Assembly (NCBI GenBank): GCA_903831095.1
Contig: CAIKWD010000018.1
Span: 1 to 47,302, forward strand
DNA: 47,302 nt
Source of the DNA: Candidatus Staskawiczbacteria bacterium
Lineage (GTDB): Bacteria > Patescibacteriota > Minisyncoccia > Minisyncoccales > Staskawiczbacteraceae
Direction: 5' to 3'
Shown here: in pieces, positions 34,447 through 44,135 of the stretch
Position numbering within the stretch: position 1 is the first letter of the stretch
Layout: every line of letters starts with the position of its first letter
Made by a program: the position numbers and the translations under genes
The notes under the pieces: model-generated
The model's database searches: none
What the model was told of the DNA's origin: nothing
What the model saw: only the letters and a program-made list of their open reading frames with translations

Positions 34447-35016
34447 ATGCTAGCGCATTCAGATTTAAGACCAGGTACACAATTTATTTACGAAGGTCAG
34501 CCTTGGGAAGTTTTAGAAGCTTCCGCCATGAAAATGGCACAAAGAAGGCCAGTCATTCAAAGCAAGATTAAAAACTTGATTGATGGCAGAGTACAAGAAA
34601 GAAACTTCCAACAGGGAGATATGTTTGACGAGGCTGATTTACAAAAGAAAGAAATAAAATTCCTATATCAAACAAAAGGGCAATATTTCTTTTGCGAAAT
34701 CAACGACCCAGCAAAACGATTCTTCTTTACAGAAGAAAAAATTGGGCCTCAAGCAAAATATTTAAGACCAAATGAAATAGTAACCGGAATTTTGTTTGAA
34801 GAGAAAATAATAACTTTCAAACTGCCGATTAAAGTACAACTTAAAGTTAAAGAATCAGCAGCTGGAGTTAAGGGAGACAGAGCTCAAGCTGGAACCAAAG
34901 AAGCAGTATTGGAATCAGGAGCTGTTGTCCAAGTTCCATTGTTTATTGAAGAAGGAGATGTTATTGAAGTAAACACAGAAGACGGAAAATACGTAAAAAG
35001 AGTTGAAAAGGAATAA
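34447..35016 (+). CDS. efp: Elongation factor P
   Basis: DLRPGTQFIYEGQPWEVLEA... with three-domain length. The ATG at 34447 is preferred over the upstream TTG. Confidence 0.88.
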   Translation: MLAHSDLRPGTQFIYEGQPWEVLEASAMKMAQRRPVIQSKIKNLIDGRVQERNFQQGDMFDEADLQKKEIKFLYQTKGQYFFCEINDPAKRFFFTEEKIGPQAKYLRPNEIVTGILFEEKIITFKLPIKVQLKVKESAAGVKGDRAQAGTKEAVLESGAVVQVPLFIEEGDVIEVNTEDGKYVKRVEKE

Positions 35017-35030
35017 TTAAAAACAAACTA

Positions 35031-35058
35031 AAAACCACCTTCATTGGGTGGTTTTTTT
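35031..35058. terminator. Bidirectional intrinsic terminator (efp / ATPase gene)
   Basis: aaaaCCACCttcattgGGTGGttttttt. Confidence 0.8.
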
Positions 35059-35069
35059 GTTTAAACTTT

Positions 35070-37544
35070 TTACTTTGGAGAAACTGGTGGAGGCACGACA
35101 GCTTGAGGAACTTCGGCAAACGACCTCTGTGCAATCTCTTGTTCTACAATTTCCTTTGGATGCGAATATTTTAATTTGGATATTTTTTTGATTGCGTCAA
35201 TAATTTCTGGCCTGCCTTTTGGAGGTGGAAGGGTTTGCATTTTAAATGGCGTAGAAATTTTATTATTGATCATCATTTTAATAATAAGTGTAAAGTTGTC
35301 CAAATTAACCAAATCAAACCTTGTAAACCCTGGCTCAAACTGTTTTTCCAAATTCTCAGCATCTTCAGCTCCAATTCTAAAAGCTCCAATTGTACCAACG
35401 TTTCCCAAAACAGCATCTCTTATTTCCTGCTTTAACTGGGGCATGTACTGGTGGGCCATAATCAAGTTTAACTTGTATTTCCTAGCTTCAGACAAAATTG
35501 TGGCAATGGAATCTGTTGTAAAGTTTTGGAATTCGTCAATGTAAAGATAAAAGTCAACTCTTTGTTCTTCAGAAATTATTGCCCGTCTCATGGCAGCCAT
35601 TTGAATTTTTGAGACCAAGATCAAGCCAAGTAACGAACTGTTTACCTCTCCAGTCAAACCTTTTGACAAATTTGCCAAGAATATTTTTTTACTATTCATT
35701 ATTTCAGCCAAATCAAAACCAGAATGCGACTGTCCAATAATATTTCTCATCATTTCGTTTTCTATAAACCTGCCCAATTTTGAAACAACATATCCTAGCA
35801 TGTCAGACCTGGTAGAACCTGTTGTCTGTGCCCATTCCTTAATCCAAAAGGACCTGACAATTGGATCTGTAACTTTTGCCAGCTTTTGTTGTAAAAATGT
35901 AGGGTCAGTAAACATTTTTGGAATTTCAACCAATGTCCCAGGATTGTTTTTATCAGCCATTAAAGCTAGCATGGCGTTTCTCATGTAATGTTCAAACATT
36001 GGGCCAATAATTTCTGGTGGAAAAAGCTTCATAAATATAGCTATCATTTCCTGTACGGCAAAATCTTTCTGCTCTGGCGAATCATATTCTAACATATTCA
36101 ACCCGCAAGGTCTTTCTGTGTCAAACGGCTCAAACATTACAACGTCGTCAATTCTTTCTTTTGGAATCATAGCCAAAACATGCTCAACTGTTTCTCCATG
36201 CGGATCAATAACAGCTACTCCTTCGCCATTGGCAATATCTTGAGCAATCATACCTTCCATAAAACCTGATTTACCAACACCGGTTTGTCCAATAATATAA
36301 AAGTGTCTTCTTCTATCTTCGCGCTTGGCAAAATAAATTTTCCTTTCTTCATTTCTAAAAGAAACTTTTCCAATTTGTATTTCACCATTTTCAGGCAAGT
36401 CTGTTGGTGGAGCTGCAACAACTGATTTTGCAGCCTTAATATATGGAGTTTCAATATATTGCGTTGGAAAATGATAAATACTGGCCAATTCTTCCAAATT
36501 CAAAACATTTGCCTGCTTTTTATTGAAATTTCTGAAGCTGTAGTCATAAACAAGTTTTTGCAATTCTCTCTTATATACCTCTTTTATTTCCAAACTGTTT
36601 ATTGCAGACATTGAAAACTGGCTAAATGCAGAAGTCAAATGGTTTAAAATTTCTTCTGCTCTTGCTCCAGTTTGTGCAGAAGCTACAACTCGTATATTAG
36701 CTTCAAAAGGTTGTTTTTGAATTTTATTTTGAATTGCGTCATAACCTTTTTGGTCAAAACTCTGCTCTTTATCTTTAAGTCCCAATTCTTCATTTTTTTT
36801 GTTTTGATCTTTGCCAAAAAAAACTTTAGACATTTCATCAAAAATTTCAAATATTGGACTTTGATAAGCTTGCACAACCGCAAATCTTACGGGCTTTCCC
36901 TCTCTAATTTTTTTCAATGCTTTTTCGCCATTTTTCCTTAAATTTATTTTCGACAAAGGCCTGATTATAACCTGAACTGCTCCTCCTTCATCAGAATTTA
37001 TTTTACTCAAAGTATTTGTAACCAAAGCCAATGGATCTGTTTCCAATGTTTGGTATGTACTTATTGGAAAAAGCGAACTTTCCGAAAGCTGTAAATATGC
37101 TCCTGCTGTTGCACCCTGAGGCTCAAAAATTGTGTAATCTTGCGGGACTTTGTCTACAACAGCATTTGGATAAACCCCTTGTACATATTTTTCAAATACA
37201 GATTCCAAATATTTTGGAACTGCCACATAAAAAGAAATATCAGAATTTCCTATTTGAGAAGCAATTTCAAATGCACAACATGGCTGAGCTTGAAATGGAC
37301 CTGGTTTTTTCAAATATAAAAAATTGGCAAAAACCTGTTCCATTTGACCAATCATTGTTTTTTCTTCCTTTTGTTGCTCTCCCTCTTTTTTTGTAGTATG
37401 CTTTGGCATCATAACCAAAAATAAAACCATTTCCAGTCCACCAAAGACGGAATTCTTTTCGTTAGTTTCAGCATTTAGAACCATAATAAACGCCAAAACA
37501 ATAAGAAGAAAAACTAAAATTAATCCTGGAATAATTATTGCCAT
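35070..37544 (-). CDS. Membrane-anchored P-loop ATPase, VirD4/TraD (type IV coupling protein)-like
   Basis: N-terminal TM helix, Walker A GQTGVGKSG, Walker B FYLYIDEFQNF, and ARKYKLNLIMAHQYMPQL, which is typical of TraG/TraD-family C-terminal domains. 824 aa. Confidence 0.6.
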   Translation of the reverse strand: MAIIIPGLILVFLLIVLAFIMVLNAETNEKNSVFGGLEMVLFLVMMPKHTTKKEGEQQKEEKTMIGQMEQVFANFLYLKKPGPFQAQPCCAFEIASQIGNSDISFYVAVPKYLESVFEKYVQGVYPNAVVDKVPQDYTIFEPQGATAGAYLQLSESSLFPISTYQTLETDPLALVTNTLSKINSDEGGAVQVIIRPLSKINLRKNGEKALKKIREGKPVRFAVVQAYQSPIFEIFDEMSKVFFGKDQNKKNEELGLKDKEQSFDQKGYDAIQNKIQKQPFEANIRVVASAQTGARAEEILNHLTSAFSQFSMSAINSLEIKEVYKRELQKLVYDYSFRNFNKKQANVLNLEELASIYHFPTQYIETPYIKAAKSVVAAPPTDLPENGEIQIGKVSFRNEERKIYFAKREDRRRHFYIIGQTGVGKSGFMEGMIAQDIANGEGVAVIDPHGETVEHVLAMIPKERIDDVVMFEPFDTERPCGLNMLEYDSPEQKDFAVQEMIAIFMKLFPPEIIGPMFEHYMRNAMLALMADKNNPGTLVEIPKMFTDPTFLQQKLAKVTDPIVRSFWIKEWAQTTGSTRSDMLGYVVSKLGRFIENEMMRNIIGQSHSGFDLAEIMNSKKIFLANLSKGLTGEVNSSLLGLILVSKIQMAAMRRAIISEEQRVDFYLYIDEFQNFTTDSIATILSEARKYKLNLIMAHQYMPQLKQEIRDAVLGNVGTIGAFRIGAEDAENLEKQFEPGFTRFDLVNLDNFTLIIKMMINNKISTPFKMQTLPPPKGRPEIIDAIKKISKLKYSHPKEIVEQEIAQRSFAEVPQAVVPPPVSPK

Positions 37545-37562
37545 ACGACTTTAAAATATTAA

Positions 37563-37994
37563 TTAAGTTTTTTTGTCGTCATTATCATCATCTGATTGCG
37601 CAATTTTCTTGTACATTCCTTCATTTTGCAAAATATCATGCAACATATCTATTAAATATGGATCATTTGTTTTTCTAGCTTCTTGAACAGCAAAGGTTAT
37701 GCCTTTTTCCCTAGCTATTTGCAACAAGTGCTCAATCTTTTCTTTTTCGCCCAAATATTCAATTTTTTCCTTCTTTTTTTCTATATCTTTCTTAGCATTT
37801 TCATCCTGTTCCATTTTTGTTATTTCCTCTAACAATTCAGCTGAAACAATTTTATCATCACGAGAAACTTCTTTTCTTTCAGGAATTTTTTCCTTTTCCC
37901 AAACAGAACGAGAATCATGCTCTTTTTCAAAAGTGTTTTTCTCTACAGACGAGACATCTTTTTCTAATTCCTTATTTTTATCTTGATCTACCAT
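37563..37994 (-). CDS. Highly charged (Glu/Lys/Asp-rich) hypothetical protein
   Basis: 143 aa with no TM helix. There is an 18-nt gap to the downstream ATPase gene. Confidence 0.5.
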   Translation of the reverse strand: MVDQDKNKELEKDVSSVEKNTFEKEHDSRSVWEKEKIPERKEVSRDDKIVSAELLEEITKMEQDENAKKDIEKKKEKIEYLGEKEKIEHLLQIAREKGITFAVQEARKTNDPYLIDMLHDILQNEGMYKKIAQSDDDNDDKKT

Positions 37995-38001
37995 AGTTTA
38001 T

Positions 38002-38607
38002 TTATTTTACGATTAAATCTAATAAAAGTTCCCCTTTCTTACTTGAAGCTGATCTGTTTACTAAAACTCTGACCTTAAAACCAGTAGAACTTTTTGGAAC
38101 TTCATATATTTTTGTGCATGGCGTAGGATCAAATACCGGCTTTAATATGTCTCCGCACTGATCTGGATAAGGAAGCCATGAGTTAACTCCAGATCCTGTA
38201 AAAGGAATAAAATTTCTTCCTTGAGAGTCAACTACATTTTCAATATCCCATAAATTTTGTGAAGTATTTTCCGTACCAACATTTTGCGCGGCAACTGTAA
38301 CTTGAATAAATTTAGCGCCAGCGTTGCTTATTGGCAAGTCTTTTTTTGAATCTGTATAATTTCTGGCATCTGTGGCTCTTAAAACACTGCCCTTGTCTAT
38401 TGCCGATTGAAAAAGAAATCTGAAATCACCCAATTTTTGTTCATAGACAGGCATAGGTATTACAGGAGTTGTAATAACTGGAGGTTTAGGCGCTGGATTT
38501 GCCATTTTCATTACCAAATAAACTATGACTACTGCAACTAAAACCACGGCTGCCAAAACCAAAAGTAATCTTGATACTTGGCCTGAATCTTTTTTAAATT
38601 TAAACAT
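38002..38607 (-). CDS. N-terminally anchored extracytoplasmic protein (DUF4352-like beta domain)
   Basis: TM helix LLLVLAAVVLVAVVIVYLV, a Pro-rich linker, then FIQVTVAAQNVGTENTS..WDIENVVDSQGRNF. Confidence 0.5.
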   Translation of the reverse strand: MFKFKKDSGQVSRLLLVLAAVVLVAVVIVYLVMKMANPAPKPPVITTPVIPMPVYEQKLGDFRFLFQSAIDKGSVLRATDARNYTDSKKDLPISNAGAKFIQVTVAAQNVGTENTSQNLWDIENVVDSQGRNFIPFTGSGVNSWLPYPDQCGDILKPVFDPTPCTKIYEVPKSSTGFKVRVLVNRSASSKKGELLLDLIVK

Positions 38608-38664
38608 ATTTATTATTATTACTTGTATTAGGTAATTTTACTATTTTCAAAAAAAATTAGCAAA

Positions 38665-39909
38665 CTATTCATACCGCAAAGCTTCAATTGGATCTAATTT
38701 AGCTGCAGCTCTTGCTGGCAAAACTCCAAATGATATGCCAATAGCAGCAGAAACTCCAACTCCAATTGCAATTGCGTACAACGGCACAGTAAACACCCAA
38801 ACCAAACCACTGGCATTTGCAACAACAGCAACAAACCAACTTAATAAAGCGCCTAAAACAATTCCAATAATTCCTCCCAGAACTGTTACTAAAATAGATT
38901 CTATTAAAAACTCGCTCAAAATATCTAAACTTCGCGCTCCAAGCGCTTTCTTAAGTCCAATTTCAGCGGTTCTTTCAGTCACGACAACATACATTATATT
39001 CATAATGCCTACTCCCCCAACAACCAAAGATATGGAAGCTATGGCAATAAGCAAAATAGTTATGCCGTTGAAAATTGTGTTGTATATATCAAGTACCTGA
39101 GCCTGAGTCACAACTTGAAAGTCATCTTTATTGGGATCTGTTATATTGTGATTATGCCTCAAAGTCATCCTAATATTTTCTGCTGTTGCGTCTCCCAAAT
39201 TTACATTTTTTAACTGCACAACTGCCACGGTAATATAATCAATGCCAAGCATTTTCTTTTGTGCGGTGCCCAGGGGCATATATATACTGTCGTCAGCTGA
39301 TCCACCACCAACAGCTCCTTGAGAATTATAAACTCCAATAACTTGAAAATTTAGATTTCCCACTCGCATTAATTTTCCCAAAGGATCATCCTGCAAAAAT
39401 AAATCTGTTGCCACATTTTTTCCTAAAATAACAACCTGGGCAGCTCCTGTATCCTCAGCTGCTGTATAAAACCTCCCTTCTTTAAGCGTATGCTGGTCTA
39501 TGACAAACCTTTCAGAAGAAGCCCCATAATAAATAATACTTTTCTGATTGTTTCTGTAGCTTGAGACAGCCATGCCTGTTACCATTCCATAATTATTTTT
39601 TACGTTGTTTAATTTTTTGATATCATTCAAATCACGCGGCTTTAATGTTGTTATTCCAACAGCTATACCAGGAGTCAAAGATCCCGACGCACGGCTTTTT
39701 GTAGTTGGAGGAACTTTTGTTCTTACAAATAAAGTATCTGACCCAAGCGACTGAATTTGATCATTTATTAAACTGCGAAATCCCGCTCCAGCTGACAAAA
39801 CCATAATCACAGTGGAAATACCAATAACAATACCCAAAGTTGTAAGCAAAGTACGCACAGGATTTGCGCGCATTGCTTTTATCGATTGTTTTAAGGCTTT
39901 ATTATTCAT
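38665..39909 (-). CDS. ABC transporter permease, MacB/FtsX family
   Basis: N-terminal TM helix, a large extracytoplasmic MacB_PCD-like domain, then a C-terminal FtsX 3-TM bundle. It ends in DPIEALRYE. Confidence 0.85.
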   Translation of the reverse strand: MNNKALKQSIKAMRANPVRTLLTTLGIVIGISTVIMVLSAGAGFRSLINDQIQSLGSDTLFVRTKVPPTTKSRASGSLTPGIAVGITTLKPRDLNDIKKLNNVKNNYGMVTGMAVSSYRNNQKSIIYYGASSERFVIDQHTLKEGRFYTAAEDTGAAQVVILGKNVATDLFLQDDPLGKLMRVGNLNFQVIGVYNSQGAVGGGSADDSIYMPLGTAQKKMLGIDYITVAVVQLKNVNLGDATAENIRMTLRHNHNITDPNKDDFQVVTQAQVLDIYNTIFNGITILLIAIASISLVVGGVGIMNIMYVVVTERTAEIGLKKALGARSLDILSEFLIESILVTVLGGIIGIVLGALLSWFVAVVANASGLVWVFTVPLYAIAIGVGVSAAIGISFGVLPARAAAKLDPIEALRYE

Positions 39910-41173
39910 AGCGCAAAGCTTCTATTGGATTTAATTTTGACGCCTTTAAAGCTGGATACAATCCAAAGATTACTCCAGTTAATATAGAAACTCCAACTGC
40001 CAAGAAAATTGAGGAAAAAGAAACAACAAAAGCCCAGTCATATCCCAAATAGTGCATCAACAAAGTTATTAAGTAAGAAATAATTATGCCAATTATTATG
40101 CCAAAAACTCCACCAAGAAAAGTCAAAGTTCCAGCCTCAAGTAAAAACTGACGCATTATTGCCACGTTAGTTGCTCCAACTGCTTTTCTCAACCCTATTT
40201 CTCTTGTTCTTTCAGCCACAGTTGCTAACATAATATTCAAAATTCCAATTCCTCCGACAACCAAAGAAATTGCCGCCATAGCTGTAAGAAAAAGGCGTAA
40301 AGCATTTGTAATTGTGCTTAAAATACTTATTGCATCAGCTACATTGTAAATAGTAAAATCAACATCCGCATCTTTCTGAATATGATGATTTTGCTTTAAA
40401 ACCCTTGTTATGTCGGCAATGGTTTGTGAGGCGTTGTCTGCTGAATCAAGTTTTATATTTATTGACTGCAAATAATGTATACCCAACAACTGCTCTTGGC
40501 CAATAGTTAAAGGAATAAAAATTTGGTCGTCATTATCCTGGAAAAAAGAACTGCCTCGGGAAGTTATAACTCCAATTACGCGGAGAGGAATTCCTCCGGC
40601 TTCTTTTTGGGAGGAACTTTTTACTTTGATTACTTGCCCAATTGGATCAACGCCAGTGCTATCAAATAATTCACTAGCAACCGTTGAGCCTAAAACAGCT
40701 ACATTAGCATTCCCTTGCTGTTCTTGTTGGTTGAAAAAATTTCCTTGGCGCATTGTAAAATCAACAACATTAGAATAACTACTTTCAACACCCATAAAAT
40801 TTGTATCAATATTTTTATTCTGCCAAGTAGCAGAGGCAGAACCTCTTACCATAGAACAAACAGCCAAAGCATGTGAAACCTGAGATTTACTTCTTAAAGA
40901 ATCTGCATCTGAATTTACCAAAGTTGTAACCGTGATTCCAAAAACTTCTGATGGTGGTCCTTTCTCATTACTTTTCCCCGGCTGAACTGACAAAATATTT
41001 GAACCAAGTTTTGTCACCTGCCCTAAAATTAAGCTTTGTGCTCCAGCTCCCAAGGCAATAATAATTATCACTCCGGCAACTCCAATTACAATTCCCAGTA
41101 TAGTCAAAAATGACCTGCCTTTTCTGGCAAGCAATGTTCTAAAAACTAATTTTATTGTTCCCAAAAAATCCAT
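39902..41173 (-). CDS. ABC transporter permease, MacB/FtsX family (second copy)
   Basis: Same architecture, ending in NPIEALRYE. It overlaps its neighbours by 8 nt and 1 nt. Confidence 0.85.
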   Translation of the reverse strand: MDFLGTIKLVFRTLLARKGRSFLTILGIVIGVAGVIIIIALGAGAQSLILGQVTKLGSNILSVQPGKSNEKGPPSEVFGITVTTLVNSDADSLRSKSQVSHALAVCSMVRGSASATWQNKNIDTNFMGVESSYSNVVDFTMRQGNFFNQQEQQGNANVAVLGSTVASELFDSTGVDPIGQVIKVKSSSQKEAGGIPLRVIGVITSRGSSFFQDNDDQIFIPLTIGQEQLLGIHYLQSINIKLDSADNASQTIADITRVLKQNHHIQKDADVDFTIYNVADAISILSTITNALRLFLTAMAAISLVVGGIGILNIMLATVAERTREIGLRKAVGATNVAIMRQFLLEAGTLTFLGGVFGIIIGIIISYLITLLMHYLGYDWAFVVSFSSIFLAVGVSILTGVIFGLYPALKASKLNPIEALRYE

Positions 41174-41889
41174 TATTTTATCAAATCTTTATCTGCCGTT
41201 GCAATAGTTCTTTTTGCCACTTTCTCATCGGAAATTATGCTTCCGTCTTTTATACGCACAATTCTTTTGGCATGGTTTGCAGTGTCAGTTTCGTGAGTTA
41301 CCAAAATAATAGTGTGCCCTTGATCATTCAATTTCTGTAAAATAAACATTACCGTATTCCCAGATTTTGAATCCAAATTTCCAGTTGGTTCATCAGCAAA
41401 AATTACTGCAGGATTGTTTACTAAAGCTCTGGCAATTGCAACGCGCTGTTTTTCTCCTCCGGAAATTTGGTTAGTAAAATAATCCAATCGATGCGAAAGC
41501 CCAACCGAGTCCAATGCTTTTTCTGCAAGCTTGTCGTAATCTTTTTTCTTGCTATAAATTAAAGGAAGCCTTACATTGTCTAATACACTAGTTCTGGCAA
41601 GCAAATTAAAAGATTGAAAAACAAATCCAACACGCTCATTTCTAAGTTTTGCCAAATAATCGTCATTAAAGTCTTTTGTATCTTTTCCTTCAAACTTATA
41701 TATCCCGCCTGTTGAACGGTCCAAAAAACTGAGAATATGCATCAAAGTTGATTTACCAGAACCTGAGGGGCCCATAATAGCAACAAATTCCCCTTCCTCA
41801 ACCTTAAAACTAACATCACGCAAAACCTCAGTTATTACGTCATCATTTACATAATCTTTTTGTAAATTTTTAACCTCAATTAAAGCCAT
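41173..41889 (-). CDS. ABC transporter ATP-binding protein (MacB/LolD-type)
   Basis: Walker [10 protein letters not shown], signature SGGEKQR, Walker B VIFADEPT. Confidence 0.9.
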   Translation of the reverse strand: MALIEVKNLQKDYVNDDVITEVLRDVSFKVEEGEFVAIMGPSGSGKSTLMHILSFLDRSTGGIYKFEGKDTKDFNDDYLAKLRNERVGFVFQSFNLLARTSVLDNVRLPLIYSKKKDYDKLAEKALDSVGLSHRLDYFTNQISGGEKQRVAIARALVNNPAVIFADEPTGNLDSKSGNTVMFILQKLNDQGHTIILVTHETDTANHAKRIVRIKDGSIISDEKVAKRTIATADKDLIK

Positions 41890-43415
41890 TATGGTTTTAT
41901 ATAAATTACTATTTCTTGCCCATCACTGATTCCGGAAGTTATCTCTACCAACCCACCATCTGCCTGTAACCCTGTTTGAACTTTAACTTCTTTATATGTT
42001 TTATTTTTGCTATCTGTAATAATTCTAACGTATTGCTGATTATTTTTGTTAATAATTGCCGTAGATGGAATAGCTAAAGTATTGTCTTTTTTAGCAACTA
42101 AAATTGTCATGTTAGCAGTCATTCCCGGCTTTATATTTGGAGTGTTATCAATACTGCCTTTTACCAAATAATCAACTACTCCAGAAATTATTGTAGCTGC
42201 AGGATTGATTATCAAAACTTTCCCAGAAAAATGCTGGTCTGGTCCAAGAGCATCAAAAGTGTAATCAATTGCTTGGCCAATTTGCAAGGAAGCTACATTT
42301 GCCTCGCTTACATAAGCTTCTGAATGTAAATTTCCAATGTCCTGCAAAATCATAACTTCCTTTGATGGAGATGCCAACTCGCCAACTTTAATTTCAACTC
42401 GCGTAATTGTGCCATCTGCTGGAGCAACAACAACTGAATTATTTACAATTGCCTGAGCTGAATCAACTTGTCCTTGAGCTGAAATTATCTGCGCTTTTGC
42501 CAAATCAATATCTTCCTGTCTTGGTTTTGCCTGTTTGGCTGACAAATTATGCTGAGCTGTTTGAAGCGAAGCTTTATAAGAAGCAATATTATTCTGCAAA
42601 GTGTTAATATTACTTAAAGCTGTGCTGACAGCTGTTTTTTGTGCGTCTAACAAAGCCTTATCTGTTGCAGAAACATTATTATAATAAATTCCCAAATCAA
42701 ACTGATTTCGTATAATTTGCAACGAGCTAAAAGTACTGTTTAAATAATCTGACAAATTTGATATTACCAAATCAACCTTGTCGTTTCCGGTGGCCTGGCT
42801 TATGCTGGTCGAAGCACTTGCCATGTAATTGTTTATGTTTATTTTGTTGTCTTGAACCAATATACTTTGCGGATCTACAGCAGTAAAATATCTGTCTTTC
42901 ATTATCACAACTGTATTGTAGGCATTGTAAATTGCCGTGTAAGATCCGTTTAAGGTTATTGAAGCGCTGTTGTAAAAATTGTTTAAGCTTACACTGGCAG
43001 AAGTTACAGCGTCTTGGAGCATTTGAATGTCGTTTGGAGTTGCGCCATTAATCAATTTGTCATAACTTGCCTGAGCTTGTGCCAAAGACCCTTGTGCAGA
43101 AACAAGATTTGCCAGCGCGGAAGATTGATCAAGCGAAGCTAAAACTTTTCCCTTTGAAACTTTGTCCCCTTCTTTGGCAGATATTTGTCGCACAATACCG
43201 CTGGCTTGAAAACTCAAACTCAAGTCAGTTGCACTGACAACTTGTCCTGTAGACAAAACAGTTTCCTGCAAATTTTGCTTTGTTACAAGGCCAGTTTGTA
43301 TTGAACCAGTGTTTCCCTTACCCTTAAAAATGAAAAATCCAATAACAACAAGAATTAAAATTATTACTATTATCCAAATATTTCTTTTTTTAGCTAAAAA
43401 TTTAGGAAACTTCAT
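41889..43415 (-). CDS. HlyD/MacA-family membrane fusion (periplasmic adaptor) protein
   Basis: N-terminal TM helix, lipoyl-like halves (ISAKEGDKVSKGKVLASL / DGTITRVEIKVGE) separated by a long coiled-coil region, and a beta-barrel C-terminus. Confidence 0.8.
   Translation of the reverse strand: MKFPKFLAKKRNIWIIVIILILVVIGFFIFKGKGNTGSIQTGLVTKQNLQETVLSTGQVVSATDLSLSFQASGIVRQISAKEGDKVSKGKVLASLDQSSALANLVSAQGSLAQAQASYDKLINGATPNDIQMLQDAVTSASVSLNNFYNSASITLNGSYTAIYNAYNTVVIMKDRYFTAVDPQSILVQDNKININNYMASASTSISQATGNDKVDLVISNLSDYLNSTFSSLQIIRNQFDLGIYYNNVSATDKALLDAQKTAVSTALSNINTLQNNIASYKASLQTAQHNLSAKQAKPRQEDIDLAKAQIISAQGQVDSAQAIVNNSVVVAPADGTITRVEIKVGELASPSKEVMILQDIGNLHSEAYVSEANVASLQIGQAIDYTFDALGPDQHFSGKVLIINPAATIISGVVDYLVKGSIDNTPNIKPGMTANMTILVAKKDNTLAIPSTAIINKNNQQYVRIITDSKNKTYKEVKVQTGLQADGGLVEITSGISDGQEIVIYIKP
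43184..43196 (-). repeat. Motif copy (plus strand tTTGTCGCACAAT) inside the MFP gene
   Basis: The RC ATTGTGCGACAAa encodes IVRQ in the minus-strand gene. Confidence 0.9.
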
Positions 43416-43429
43416 TTTGTTATTTTTAT

Positions 43430-44128
43430 TTATTTTTTTAAAATACTAAGTCCTTTAGCTTTCTCCAGCCATCTACCAAATTGACAATCTTGGCTGTGCG
43501 GAGGCGGAGATCCCTGCTTTAAAACATTTACCGCATCTTTAAATATTTCATAAATATCGGCCGGGTTTGTTTCTATTTCTACTATTTCTTTTCTAAATGG
43601 AATTCTATCAACAAACCCTCTACTTTTGTCCACTAAATAAAAGGCTAAATAACCTTTATGCGTAGTTTGGTATCCGTTTTTCTCCATTAGAAATGTATAA
43701 GTGTCCAATTGAAGCTGAAACCTGTCATAAACTTTTTCTGTTGTGCTTCCAGTTGACTTGTAATCAAGCGGAGCAATTTTTCCATCTTTAAATTCAAGCA
43801 CATCGTCTACCGCGCCAAACAAAGTTGCCCCAAGTTCCTTGTCAAAATATCTTATACCAGCCAAATTATTCCGCCATTGATTAAGTAATTTTTGATTTGC
43901 AAACAAATGCGCTTTTATATTATTTTCTTCAAGCAAAGGAGGAGACAATTTTTTAGCCCGGTAAGTATCAAATTCTTCTTTCAATAATTCATCAACTGCC
44001 AAATTCAATGCATATGGATAAGCAGGCGGACGTTTTATTCCCAAATTCTTATCTAGCCAAAAGCAATGTGCACATTCCAAAAACAAGTTCAGCGAATTGG
44101 GTGAAAGTTGTATTACTTTGTCTGCCAT
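43430..44128 (-). CDS. PD-(D/E)XK (Cas4/RecB-like) nuclease-family protein
   Basis: GAVDDVLEFKDGKIAPLDYKS (D..E.K core). There are N-terminal CAHC and C-terminal Cys residues. Confidence 0.55.
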   Translation of the reverse strand: MADKVIQLSPNSLNLFLECAHCFWLDKNLGIKRPPAYPYALNLAVDELLKEEFDTYRAKKLSPPLLEENNIKAHLFANQKLLNQWRNNLAGIRYFDKELGATLFGAVDDVLEFKDGKIAPLDYKSTGSTTEKVYDRFQLQLDTYTFLMEKNGYQTTHKGYLAFYLVDKSRGFVDRIPFRKEIVEIETNPADIYEIFKDAVNVLKQGSPPPHSQDCQFGRWLEKAKGLSILKK

Positions 44129-44135
44129 ATTAAAT

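Noticed and set aside
35070-37544. Conjugative element or prophage around the VirD4/TraD-like ATPase.
   Set aside because: There is no relaxase, VirB4, pilin, integrase, phage structural gene or flanking direct repeat nearby. The neighbours are housekeeping and exporter genes.
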